From NCBI GenBank assembly GCA_030390025.1, contig CM059432.1, forward strand, positions 97,342,001-97,406,000: 64,000 nt of DNA. The letters run 5' to 3'. The translations under genes and the position numbers were made by a program. The stretch comes from Squalus acanthias (lineage: Eukaryota). Shown here one piece after another: positions 1 through 11,511 of the stretch. The notes below the pieces were generated by a model. That model had not been told where the DNA came from and made no database searches. It saw only the letters and a program-made list of their open reading frames with translations. Each line of letters begins with the position of its first letter. Position 1 is the first letter of the stretch.

Positions 1-586
1 CAATAAAACTCTTCATTCCCTAGACCCAGCTGAGTTGACAATGATATAAAAGTATTGTTTTTAACTCCTTATTTTCTACCATTTTCTTGGAGCTCAAGTT
101 ATGTGCAGTCATATTTTACAGTTTTATTTCTCAAAGTATTAAGCTTCCACACAGTTTCGGAACCCAATAATTACATGAAGAATAGTGGATACCTGGGAAA
201 GATTTCAACACAGTAATCTAATCAAAAGGTCCAGATATTATCAGTTTCTACCAATTGCCTGAACCTAGAGATTAGATTGTCTTCTTCTTCTTAGGCAGTC
301 CCTCAGAACCGAGGATGACTTACTTCCACATTAAAAATGAGTTCTCAGGTGACTGATGAGTCCAATGCGGGACCCACAGTCTCTGTCACAGGTGGGGCAG
401 ACGGTGGTTGAAGGGGCGGGTGGGTGGGGTGCTTGGGTTGACGTGCGCTCCTTGCGCTGCTTGCAGTTGCTCCCAGCGAAGAGACTCGAGGTGTTCGACG
501 CCTTCCCGGATGCTTCTCCTCCACTTTGTGGGGTCTTGGGCCAGGGATTCCCAGGTGTCAGTGGGGATGTTGCACTTTTTCAAGGA

Positions 587-774
587 TGCGGAGATGCCGG
601 TGTTGGACTGGGGTGGACAAAAGTGAGAAGTCGCACAACACCAGGTTATAGTCCAACAGTTTTATTTGAAATCACAAGCTTTCGGAGCGCTGCTCCTTCG
701 TCAGGTGAAGTAAAGGAATACAAATCGACAAAGCATATATAGATAGAGAACAATGCATGTGAAGCGTACAATGG
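587..774 (-). mobile_element. Penelope-like element 3' end (pseudo-LTR plus tail) inserted into the RTE
   Basis: Its reverse complement closely matches the end of the element at 38541-38666. It is flanked by CAAGGA at 581-586 and 775-780, and removing it rejoins the RTE frame (KASL|KKCNI). Confidence 0.85.
672..708 (-). ncRNA. Minimal type I hammerhead ribozyme (Penelope-type)
   Basis: Minus strand reads TCAC-CTGACGA-A-GGAGC-AGC-GCTCC-GAAA-GCTT-GTGA: CUGANGA and GAAA cores, 5-bp stem II, palindromic AAGCTT stem III, 4-bp stem I. Confidence 0.8.
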
Positions 775-1020
775 CAAGGAGGCTTTGAGGGTGTCCTTGA
801 AGCGTTTCCTCTGCGCACCTGGGGCTCTCTTGCCGTGTCGGAGATTAGATTGTAGCTCAGTAATCACTCCAAAGTACCTATTGTATTTTATCACATAGTG
901 TGAACTTTATGGGTGGTTTTATTGAATAGTGGGTCGGTCTGTTTTGCTGCCAACAGCAGCTGTCAGTGAGAATAGAGAATCAACGCTTGATATAGTCATT
1001 TCCAAACTAACAATTTAAAA

Positions 1021-1175
1021 TAACAACAGAAAATGCTGGAAACACTCAGCAGGCCAGGCAGCATCCATGAGAGAGAAACAGAATTAACGTTTCAGGTCGA
1101 TGCCTGGCCTGCTGAGTGTTTCCAGCATTTTCTGTTGTTATTTCAGATTTCCAGCATTTGCAGTATTTTGCTATT
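1021..1175. mobile_element. Miniature inverted Penelope-type pseudo-LTR insertion
   Basis: Perfect 40-bp inverted arms at 1021-1060 and 1101-1140, a 35-nt one-sided tail at 1141-1175, and the 14-bp TSD CTAACAATTTAAAA at 1007-1020 and 1176-1189. The spacer carries GAAACGTT on the minus strand. The Penelope assignment is inferred. Confidence 0.7.
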
Positions 1176-1693
1176 CTAACAATTTAAAAACTCATTCAAA
1201 CTATTTTCCATTTGATTTTCATTTATACATACCCGATGTGCTCATTTAATCCTTTCGATCATATATTTTTATGCTTTGTTATGTACTTAATTATGTGTTT
1301 CTTGCATGACCATGATCAAGCAGGGAGTCATCATTATTTATTGTGCGTAAAAAGAATCATTAGAACTAGTTAGAAGTAAGTGGAGACGCTCCTCTTCTTC
1401 CTACTTTTACAAACTATTTAAAACTTAAAAGCTATTTAGGCTTCTGAACCTGAGACTATTTTCTGCAAAATGGATCATGAAGCAACAATTCCAAATAAAA
1501 TAAATGTATTTTGCTGACCACACAGGAAGCTTCAGGCTCTACCTACCGCCAAACAAAAAAAAATCAGCATTTTTAGTGTTAAAGTAAATTTTTTTCAATT
1601 ATTGACATAGCTTTAATTGGCTTTAGCTTGATTTCTCCTGATATTATTAGGTCTTCAGCAATGATGTAAGTTTTATTTTAACAGGACATTATT

Positions 1694-2353
1694 GGGCTGG
1701 ATTTTCCGATCGGAGGCTTCCTACGGGCGGATGCCTCCGATCGGAAAAAATCTACGCACTTACCTGCTGGCTCCGTAGGTCCTGAGTCTTCCAATCCTGG
1801 GCATCTCCTGGTCCGCGCGCGCAGAGGCCCAGGTATCCCGGGGCGCCCCTGGGATCACATGTGCCATGGGGAACCAATCAAAGAAGAGAATCCCCCTGCA
1901 CACTTTTGATAGGTTTCTACGCATAGATCTGTCAAAAGTATGAAAGGGGATCACTTAAAAAACAGTTAAACATTAAATACATTTTTTTTAAAATAACGTA
2001 TTTAAAATTAGTTAAAATTACATTAAATTAAATATTTTAAACAAAAATTTAATTTTTTGAAAAAAAATTAAAGTTTTTTACGGGGCTAAAAATAAACTTA
2101 CCTTTTTTAAAAGTATTTTTAAATTATAAATGAGGCGTAAGATTTTTAAAGGTTTTTAGCGGGCGGAAGTTGTGCAGATAGCGGAACTCTCCACCCGCAG
2201 AGGCCCTTTTCCCAGGCAGGCGGATGATCTGTCAAGATCGGAAGTGTCGGGTTTTAGCGCATGCACTTCGCATGGCTGAAACCGGCACTTGCGAGGCCCC
2301 TACGGGTGCGTACACACCTCGTACGCATTCATGGGGGTCGGAATATCCAGCCC
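1694..2353. mobile_element. PIF/Harbinger-type MITE
   Basis: 16-bp TIR GGGCTGGATTTTCCGA / TCGGAATATCCAGCCC with one mismatch, 3-bp TSD ATT (1691-1693, 2354-2356), AT-rich core and no coding capacity. Confidence 0.8.
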
Positions 2354-2809
2354 ATTATCTTTCGTTCACACAATCCAGTATGTTTAATTTTTTGTTTTTA
2401 TTCTACAACAAGGCTTCAAAAATCCATTGCACTTCTGGTGGACTCTCCCTGTAACTTTGGTAGGATTCTGCCATAAGGGCTAGGTCCAGGCTGCAACCAG
2501 GAGATGTCAATCCCAGCTTGTACTGTAGTATCCACGATAATAGCCTTGTGGAGATGGAGCTTCTGCCCACCCCAACCATGGCCATCGGTGTAAGGAGTGA
2601 CAGGGCCGGGGACAGGACATCCCAACGTTGGGCATCTCGCTTCCCAAGCCTGGCATATGGTCAACAGATGTACAGCCGGTGAGACTAAGCATACCTCCCC
2701 AACATATGAAAGAAGTGGAACGCCACTGTGAGTCCAGGGTGGAATCATGTCCTGGACAATACGGTTGTAGAATGTATATATTTTAAATTGGCTAAACACT
2801 AATGTTTAG

Positions 2810-3285
2810 TGTTAGCCATGGCTCAGTGGTAGCACCCTTGCTCTGAGTCAGAAGGTTGTGCATTCAAGTTCCACTCCAGAGACTTCAGCATAAAATCTAG
2901 GCTGACGCTTGAGTGCAGTACTGAGGGGAGTACTGCACTCTCGCAGGTGCTGGCTTTTCAATCACACGTTAAACTGAGGTCCTGTCTGCCCTATCGGGTG
3001 GACATATAAGATCTCATGGCACTATTTCACAGAAGAGCAGGGGAGTTCTCCCCAGTGTCCTGGCCAATATTTATCTCTCAACCAATATTTATTTATCAAC
3101 CAACAGCTAAAGACAGATTATCCGGTCAGTGGTCAGGTGCTGTTTGTGGGAGCAAATTGGCTGCTGTGTTTGCTATATTACAACAGTAACTACACTTCAA
3201 AAGTGCTTCATTGGCTATAAAATGCTTTGGGACGTCCTGAGGTCATGAGAGGCACTACATAAGTGAAATTCTTTCATTCTATTTA
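2810..3285 (+). mobile_element. tRNA-derived DeuSINE (SacSINE1-like) with L2-type tail
   Basis: Pol III A-box-like GGCTCAGTGGTA and B-box-like TTCAAGTTCC, Deu-domain-like core (TGCAGTACTGAGGG...GTCCTGGCCAATATTTATC), and 3' end ...CTTTGGGACGTCCTGAGG...TTCTTTCATTCT. Recognised by eye. Confidence 0.75.
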
Positions 3286-4464
3286 ATGTATGTAAGAATA
3301 CATTAATACATGCGGTCCCAAAATGGTGAAGGAGTGCCAACATTTCAGAACTGTACAATAGTACAGTTGAGAATGAATAGGTTCCATGCTGCAGGTTTTT
3401 CATCTTTACATATATCCATAAACACAAAATGGGAAAAGAGTACTAACACAGAGGAGAAAGAAAAACACCTGTAGGAAAAATGGAACAGGATGTGAATTTG
3501 TTTCTCAAGTTTTGACTTGTGATGCTTAATTTGACAGTTGAGACATCCGACACCCTCAATTAAAAAGATAAACAGAAAATGCCGGAAACAAATAGCAGGT
3601 CCGTCAGCATCCATGGAGTGAACAGATGGGTCAACATTTCTGGCCAGGCCCTTCATCAGAACTGAAAAAGATGAGCAAGTATTTTAATAGAAATAGACAG
3701 CCGAGCAAGAGGTATGTGAAAAAAACAAATAACTCTCCAAGCACAAAGCGGAAGTATTGTTTGAATGACCTATAGCCTACTTACAAGAACATTAGGAGAT
3801 TGATAGCTAATGTAAAAGATCATCTTTGTCAGATAATAGAACAAAGGATTAAGTAAATCAAATGCATTAAAGAAACGAAGAACATGTGAATAACTAAAAC
3901 AGTGAGGGGCTGCCCAAGGAAACGGTGAGAAAATGCAAAAACACAAAAAGCCTATGGATCAGGTCTAAAATCTAAACAGAAAAATGTTGGAAAAACACAA
4001 TGGAGGCAATTTTGACTTTGGGGGATAGCGTAAAACGGGCGATATGGGATCAGCCGCCTGTTATACATCTTTCCCAATTTTCACTTACATTGAAGTCAGC
4101 GTGTATCCACTCGCCACAGGCAGGAACATACCCACCTTGCATTATCAGCATATCCTGCTGTAAAGGAAATAGATGAGAGGATACAGTTAAGGTCTGAGGG
4201 CTGCAGTGTGCCGGGAGAAAGGTAATACACTGTTACTGAAACCTATGCTGAGCAGTGTTGCAACAGTGTAGGTAGCCAAAATTGGAGCGATTAAACTGGG
4301 AATGGGAGGAGGAGTCAATGTGATGCGCCACAGGAAACTTAGGATCACATTTGCAGACAGTATAGAGGTGTTCAGAAAAGTGATCATATAATCAGCATTT
4401 CTCGGCCAATGAAGCGGAGACAGTAACACGAGCTGTGAATAAGTATATTAGAAAAAGAGAAAGA

Positions 4465-4705
4465 TCAGATAATCTGTTATTTTTTAATGATGTTGGTTGA
4501 GAGCTAAATATTACCCAGGATACCCTTGCTCTACTTTGAACAGTGCCATGTGATCTTTTACGCCTATCTGAGAGGACAGATGGGGTGTCGGTTTAATGTC
4601 TAATCTGAAAGACGACACCTCCGACAGTGCACTGCAGTGTCATCTAGATTTTGTGCTCAATGCTCTGAAGTGGGACTTGAACCCATAATCTTCTGACTCA
4701 GAGGG
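4465..4705 (-). mobile_element. DeuSINE (SacSINE1-like) fragment
   Basis: Reverse-complement similarity to 2810-3120, e.g. GTGGGACTTGAACCCATAATCTTCTGACTCAGAG. Confidence 0.65.
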
Positions 4706-4791
4706 CAAGTTGAGGAAGGTGTGTTTAGGGTCCTGGAGAATGCTTTGGGACAGGACATTTAATCAATACTTCATCTCTATGCTTTTGGCAT

Positions 4792-7381
4792 TTTTAATAT
4801 ATGTGGGTAGAACAACTGAAGGACGGAGGCACGATGAGTTGCTAGTCAATGTGCTTGTTTACTAGGCCAGAGCAAACTGAGCATGCTCAGACTAAACCAT
4901 GTGACAATACATTACACTGCTTTCCCTTTAAAAAAAATATACACATTCCCCTCTCAAATACAACACAACTATGGTCTCACCTTTCTCAGCATTACATGTA
5001 CCACATAACTAAAACTCTTGACATTTTTTCTTTTAAATCAACTACAAATGCTACAAATGAACTACAAATCCAGTTTATAACTGTGGAGCCTTCCTGATCT
5101 CCTTACAGAAGGTTTTGGTGTTGAACCAATTATCAGCCTGTTTTGTTCTGGTTCTAAACTCAAAAATGATCCTGTTTCTGTCTCAGACTTGTTTGAACCT
5201 GGTTCTTCAGTTTCTGAAGTCTGAACGGAGTCAAACTCATGTATGTGTTCATGATGAAGTGGATCAAGATCACGTCTTGGTTGATCTCTAGCAGAGATCA
5301 TTTGATCTACATGAACACTTCAGATGTTGTCACCAATTTTCACTAAATATCTCTTGGTTCCACCAACATCTACAATGGTTCCTACATCCCACTTGTGTGT
5401 GTTGATAGTGAGATACTGTTGACTCTCTTTGTCAACGTTCAGCTGAATGTAAGCGTGCGACAGGTCAAGCTTGGAGAAAACCTTTGACCCAGAGAGAGCT
5501 GCATACAAATCTTGGGATGTAGGTAACGGGCACTGCTCATCGTCAACTGCTTAGTTGATAGTAACTTTGTAGTCACCGCACAAGCGTACCGTTTTGTCTG
5601 CTTTGGGCACCACCACAATCGAGGTAGCCCATTCACTTTTGTCAGATCTACTAGCACTCCGTTCTCTCTGAGCTTCACTAGCTCTTCCTCCACCTGACTT
5701 TTCAACGCATAGGGGACCGGCCTTGCCTTACAATAGACAGGCTTCACATTGGAATTGACATGGATATGCGTGTCATACCAAGTGATGCCCTCATAACTGT
5801 CTGCTGAACATGTATAAAAGAATTTTCTCATTGTGTCACGTCGAACTGTACATTCCATTTGCCCACATATCTCTAGGATTTCTCCGGAGTAGGTTTTTAA
5901 CTCTACGGTATTCTTTGTAAGTGGTATTTGATTAAACTTACTCTCATATGTGTCCTTACACATGATAGAGCAGTCCGCTGCTGTGTCGATACACATATCA
6001 ATATATTGCTCATTGATCAAAAGTTTTGTACGGAAGTCTTTCTCACAAATGCTAGCATTGCCACTGGTGGCATAGATACTGTAGATGCCTAGTCCTTCAA
6101 CATCAGGTGTGTTCACTTCAATATTGTGAACTTCTCCCTTTTGTTGTCGCTGCTTTGCATTGCCACTAGAATGGTTCTTACTTCCTGCTTTCGATCTAGC
6201 TCTGCAAGTGGTTGAAATATGGCCTTGCTTCTGGCAGGGAAAACACTTTGTATTTCTGTATTGACAGAACTGTGGTGAGTGATTTCCATTGCAGCGATAA
6301 CAATTCACTGAATTGCTCTCACCGACATGCTTTTGACTTGGTCTCACAGCTTTAGGTTCGGCGGTGGCTTTGTGACTGTAGACCGCAGCTGCACTAGTCA
6401 CTTGAGTTGGACGGAGCTCCCTAGCATTCTTAGATGCCATCTCCATAGGTAGGGCAATTTTGCACGCTCTGTCAAACGTTAGGTTCGGAGTGTTCAGTAA
6501 TTTGGGTTGTGTGCGCTCATCCACCAGTCTACACACAAACTTATCGCGCAATGCACGATCTAAAAATATGCCGAACTTACAATGGAAAGACAGGTTCTTA
6601 AGAGTTACAATGTACTCACTGATGGTTTCACTTTGTTTTTGGTTTCTGGTACCAAACTTATAGCTCTCTACTATTTCTAATGGCTTTGGGTCAAAATGGT
6701 CCTCGAGTTTCTCGACAATGTCTTCAAACGACGCATCCTTTGCTTTCCCTGGCGTGAGTAGGTTTGTCAACGTTCCATAGACATCTGGCCTGATCTCTGT
6801 TAGAAAAATTGCTTTCTTCCATTCACGAATTACTTAATTTTGAGTGAGAATATTCTCATCTGCACCTTCGGTCCCAAAAATGTTATTGGTCTTAAAAAGC
6901 ATCTCCACCCTCTCAATGTAAGAACTGAATGGTTCGCGAGCTCCGTCATATATGCCGAGGCTTCCGATGAATCCTGTAGGCATGGCCATGATTGTCCCGA
7001 TCCTGTCGAACAGTGACTCAGCACGCTACCTGTGTACATGTGAGAATCAATGCTGCTGTTGCTGTATATACATACCAACGAAGGTGAAGCACAGACACTT
7101 CTGCATCAGCATTAACAGTAAAACATCACAAAAATTCAGTTTAAGTGTCACAAATTCACCTTAAACTTTTCCACTCGAAGGTTGCACACTGTGTCCTTCC
7201 ATGATCCATAAAAATGGCTTTGGGATCCCATTCTCATCACCAAAATATAATAAGTGTGGGTAGAACAAATGAAGGACAGAGACACGATGAGTTGCTAGTC
7301 CATGTGCTTGTTTACCAGGCCAGAGTGAACTGAGCATGCTCATACTAGACCATGTGACAAACCATGTGATAATACATTACA
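4792..7381 (-). mobile_element. Internally deleted Ty3/Gypsy LTR retrotransposon
   Basis: Direct LTRs at ~4792-4916 and ~7246-7381, both ending ...ATTACA. TSD GGCAT at 4787-4791 and 7382-7386. A minus-strand PPT adjoins 4917. PBS at 7225-7242 (TGGTGATGAGAATGGGAT) resembles the complement of the tRNA-Ser(GCT) 3' end (15/18 against the sequence as I recall it). Confidence 0.9.
5062..6990 (-). pseudogene. Gypsy gag-protease-RT(N-terminal) with integrase tail, frameshifted and deleted
   Basis: ORF 5439-6770 has two CCHC knuckles (CYRCNGNHSPQFC, CFPCQKQGHISTTC), protease motif IDTAADCS and KARPVPYALKSQVEEEL. RT motif FSKLDLSHAYIQL then joins directly to an integrase-tail-like GTIVDVGGTKRYLVKIG. 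Confidence 0.85.
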
Positions 7382-7619
7382 GGCATTCATCTGTTTACAT
7401 AGGATATAACGCGCAGAAACAGGCCATTCAGCCCAACCAATCCATGCAAGATGTTGTTTTTTCATCGCTTCCCTCTTTTTTTCTGATTTCTATTAAAATA
7501 CTTGATCATTTTTAAATTTTCAGTTCTGAAGAAGGGCCCAGCTCTACCTGTTCTCTTCAAAGATGCTGATTGACCTCATGAATATTTCTATGTTTCCTGT
7601 TTTTGTTTCAGATTTCCTA

Positions 7620-10600
7620 TCATTCCTGTCATTGGGAAAATGCTGGAACCCATTATTAAGGAAGTAGTAGCAGGACAGTTAGAAAATCATAATACAATCA
7701 AGCAGAGTCAACATGGTTTTATGAAAGGGAAATTGTGTTTGACAAATTTATTAGAGTTCTTTGAGGATGTAACGAGCACGGTGGATAAAGGGGAACCAGT
7801 AGATGTAGTGTATTTGGATTTCCAAAAGGCATTCGATAAGGTGCCACATAAAACGTTACTGCACAAGATAAGAGCCGATGGTGTTGGGGGTAATTTATTA
7901 GCAGGGATAGAGGATTTGCTAACTAACAGAAAACAGAGAGTCGGGATAAATGGGTCATTTTCAGGTTGGCAAACTGTAACTAGTGGGGTGCCACAGGGAT
8001 CAGTGCTGGGATCTCAACTATTTACAACTTATATTAATGACTTGGATTAAGTGACCGAGTGTACGGTAGCTAAATTTGCTGACGATACAAAGATAGGTGG
8101 GAAAGCAAGTTGTGAGGAGGACACAAAGGGCAGAATTTTGCCGGCGCTCAGAGTGTGGGTTTGGAGGTGGGTCTGCTGTCAAAATTGAAATGATTGACAG
8201 CGGGTTGGGAACCTGCTGCAAGCTCGCCTCCATGTAAGTTTCCAGAGTGTCGGGTCTGCGATTTCAGAACAGAACCGACATCAAGCGGCGGGGAGGCATT
8301 TAAAATACTTAATTGCTTGTTAAGTGCGTGTTAACTACTATTTTGCCAGCCTTTTTCTATTTTACAACATTTTTAACAGGGTTCACGTCATTCGCAGATC
8401 ACGTCAGGTAAGTAGGTCGGGTTCTCTATGTCTCCCCATTGCTGTGAATAGGTGACAGCTGCAAAAGTGGTATGAAAGCTACCATTTCACAGCTGGTCAC
8501 TTTCCAATGTCAGAAGCTTGAGCCTTCATGACTTGGAAGACACTATTGAGCTGTATACAGTTTGGAAGTGTTTGGAGTAAACTCTCGATCCACTGTCACC
8601 TCCTTGGAGCAAGCTCTCTCACCATTGACAGATCGCTTCTGTCAACTCAACTTCAGCTGCCGTCTATTCCAGCAACATCAGTGCCCTTGAAAAAATCTCA
8701 CCTTGGTCCTCAGAATCCCAATACAATCAGCCCCAACACCAACATCACCGGGCACACCAACATCACCAACATCCACACCAACCTTCTCCGCAATCAACTG
8801 ATGCTGCACTGGACACAGGACATCATCACCCGTGCACATTGTTTCTGGGATGCCAGCGATGGCTTCACCATGTCCAGATTTGCTTCACTTAACACTGTAC
8901 ACCCTGACTGCCACATGATGCACCAGGTTGGCACTACCCCACATCAACACCATAAAGCATCCCTACAATGCCCAAGCCATTCCTTTCACACTCATCACCA
9001 TTGCGGGGGGTACCATTATGTCTCACCATTCACTGCAACTCACTAAGCCATTTCCAAAGGTGCACACAAATCTGTCCAAGGACACAAAGTATTCAAAATA
9101 AAGATTTCAATGTTTGACAGCACATTACCAGAAACTTCACATGACCATTCGATAAACCACCCAAGTGCCTATCTTTGTGTGTTCTTAATTGGTATGCTTG
9201 CACTAGGATGAGGGTGAGTGTGAGAGGTGGCTAGTGAGATGGGGAATTGATAATGTAGATAGAGAGGGATGGGTGGAGGTGCAAGGTAAGTTGGTGTGAG
9301 TAAAGATGTGCAGGAGTACTGTAGGGAAGGCAGAGTGATGGGGATGTGATGAGTGGCACAGCAGGATGAGGTTGATTGTGGCTTGGCAGTAACGTTTTGT
9401 GATCTACTGAGCTCATTGAAAGGTTTGCGCCACTGCAGCCTGGACCTCCTGACGACATCCCTGCTTTTGCCCTCCTGTGCAATGTGCAACCAGGCTGCAT
9501 TGATCTCCTGGGGAGGTCTCTTCTGCCCATGGGAAGGGAAACAAACCTTCCTGAATGCTGTGACTCCCTCCATAAGCACATGGAGGGAGTTATGGTAGAG
9601 CCTGGGTGCAGCCGTGCATTTCTGTGCAGTGCTTGTCAGTGTTTGCAGTACCTCAATGCTGTAGAACACTGACAGCACAAATGTCAAAATGAATGCGGCC
9701 ATGGTCCCTTTAAGGAAACCGGCTGATGACGCATCATCAAATGACATCATCAGACCCGCTTCCTTTTAATTGGCCGGCAACCCCGCAGGGCGGGCTTAAC
9801 AAGCCCTATCAACGGAAAATCCTTTTTGCAGAGCGGCTGCATCCAGGAATGGGACCGGAACCCACCATCCACCTCTCCCGCCGTGATCTCGCCTCTGCTG
9901 GTGAAATCGAGTCCCAAGAGTCTGCAAAGAGATATAGATAGGTTAAGTGAGTGGGCAAAAATTTAGCAGATGGAGTATAATGTGGGAAAATGTGAGGTTA
10001 TCCACTTTGGTAGGAAGAATAGAAAAGCAAAATATTATTTAAATGGAGAGAGACTACAGAATGCTGCAGTACAGAGGGATCTGGGTGTCCTTGTACATGA
10101 AACACAAAAAGTTAGCATGCAGGTACAGCAAGTAATTAGGAAGGCAAATGGAATGTTGGCCTTTATTGCAAGGGGGATGGAGTATAAAAGTAGGGAAGTC
10201 TTACTACAACTGTACAGGGCGTTGGTGAGACTACACCTCGAGTACTGAGTACAGTTTTGCTCTTATTTAAGGAGGGATAGACTTGCATTGGAGGCAGTTC
10301 AGAGAAGGTTCATTAGGTTGATTCCTGAGATGAAGGGGTTGTCTTATGACAAAAGGTTGAGTAGGTTGGGCCTATACTCATTGGAGTTTAGAAGAATGAG
10401 AGGTGATCTTATTGAAACATATAAGATACTGAGGGGGCTTGACAGGGTAGATGCTGAGAGGATGTTTGCTCTCGTGGGGGAATCTAGAACGAGGGGGCAT
10501 AGTTTCAGAATAAGGGGTCACCCATTTAAGACGGAGATGAGGAGGAATTTCTTCTCTCAGAGGGTCGTGAATCTTTGGAATTCTCTACCCCAGAGAGCTG

Positions 10601-10785
10601 TGGAGGCTGGGTCATTGAATATATTCAAGGCGGAGATAGACAGATTTTTGAACTGCAGGGGAGTCATGGGTTATGGGGAACAGGCAGAAAAGTGGAATTG
10701 AGGCCAAGATCAGATCAGCCATGAGCAGGCTCGAGGGTCCGAATGGCCTACTCCTGCTCCAATTTCTTATGTTTGTTCTTATGTT
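7620..10785 (+). mobile_element. 5'-truncated CR1 LINE (RT and 3' UTR), interrupted at 8129-9915
   Basis: ORFs 7640-8050 (QHGFMKG...YLDFQKAFDKVPH...GVPQGSVLG), 9970-10248 and 10288-10701, with a CR1 tail ending ...CTTATGTT at ~10785. Confidence 0.92.
8129..9915 (-). mobile_element. Non-autonomous PIF/Harbinger element with Myb/SANT-like remnant, inserted in CR1
   Basis: 3-bp TSD AAG (8126-8128, 9916-9918); removing the element restores CR1 ACACAAAGAGTCTG. Imperfect TIRs. Minus-strand APRLYHNSLHVLMEGV...AAWLHIAQEG...QWRKPFNELSRS is a Myb/SANT-like domain. Confidence 0.75.
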
Positions 10786-11134
10786 GCAGCATTTGTAGTC
10801 ATTTGCTTTTGATTTCAAATAAAAAGATCCAGTTATGGCTAAGCCATCAGCAGTAACTAAATACAACATTAGTTAAATACCATTTAACTCTTAGCTTTTA
10901 CCAATGATATTGGGCTGGATTTTCTTTAATAATGCTGCCTGACGTTGGGTAGGATATTGGCAAAAAATGGTGAGCCTGCTGCGGCCTCCTCACCCAACCT
11001 TAATAACCCTCCTCTGCCCCCACAGGCCCGGCCTCTGGCTGCCCATGCTTTACCCATCACTAGCAAATGCCAGCAAGGAAGCAAGTGCTCCAGTTCCTGG
11101 ACCATTTCCTTTCTTTCCCTCCTTCCACACCACC

Positions 11135-11511
11135 GAGAGTTGCCACCTCTGGTTGGATGTATTCAGGGAGGTTTCGTCACATGACCCCCCTGCCTCTGAT
11201 CACTCCACCCTACACTCCCGCCACTGGTTGCCCAACATGCCCATTTTTGTGAAGAACCATCTTCCCAGGCCAATTGGAAAGCAGACAAACTCTTTGTTAC
11301 CAGATTGTACGATTCTTGACTGTCAGTCAAACAGCTATTTTTCCCATCTCCAATACTTTTATAACTATTAAATAACAGTTTTCTAAGACAATGACAAAAA
11401 ATCAGAATTTGTTTTAATGCCCCTACCATTTTTCTTCCAGTTACTTGCAGCAGGAGATTAAACTTTAATTCCTGGGGACTCCAGGACAATCCTGGAGGGT
11501 TGGCAACCCTA
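11135..11511. mobile_element. hAT-type MITE (TAGGGTTGCCA terminus)
   Basis: Right end GTTGGCAACCCTA, degenerate left end GAGAGTTGCCACC, and an approximate 8-bp TSD ACACCACC / CGACCACC (6/8). Confidence 0.55.

Larger units (their letters stand above)
281..840 (-). mobile_element. 5'-truncated RTE-clade LINE (ORF C-terminus, 3' UTR and (GAA)n tail), split by a Penelope fragment
   Basis: Minus-strand peptides LRHGKRAPGAQRKRFKDTLKASL and KKCNIPTDTWESLAQDPTKWRRSIREG resemble an RTE ORF C-terminus. (CTT)n lies at 281-292. The 13-bp TSD GAGATTAGATTGT is at 268-280 and 841-853. Confidence 0.85.
3570..10814. mobile_element. Old inverted Penelope-type element enclosing nested Gypsy, SINE, CR1 and Harbinger insertions
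   Basis: Left arm ~3570-3727 is the reverse complement of right arm ~7453-7617 (shared ATTTCTATTAAAATACTTG and CAGTTCTGA.GAAGGGCC). The tail is broken by CR1 and resumes at ~10786-10814. TSD TCAATTAAAAAGAT (3556-3569) vs TCAAATAAAAAGAT (10815-10828) matches at 13/14. Confidence 0.65.

Noticed and set aside
2416..2799. 127-aa ORF or exon in unique sequence
   Set aside because: No recognisable domain, and all plus-strand frames after the acceptor-like site at ~2412 close quickly.
2810..2880. tRNA gene
   Set aside because: A/B-box-like motifs run straight into a SINE body, with no convincing cloverleaf.
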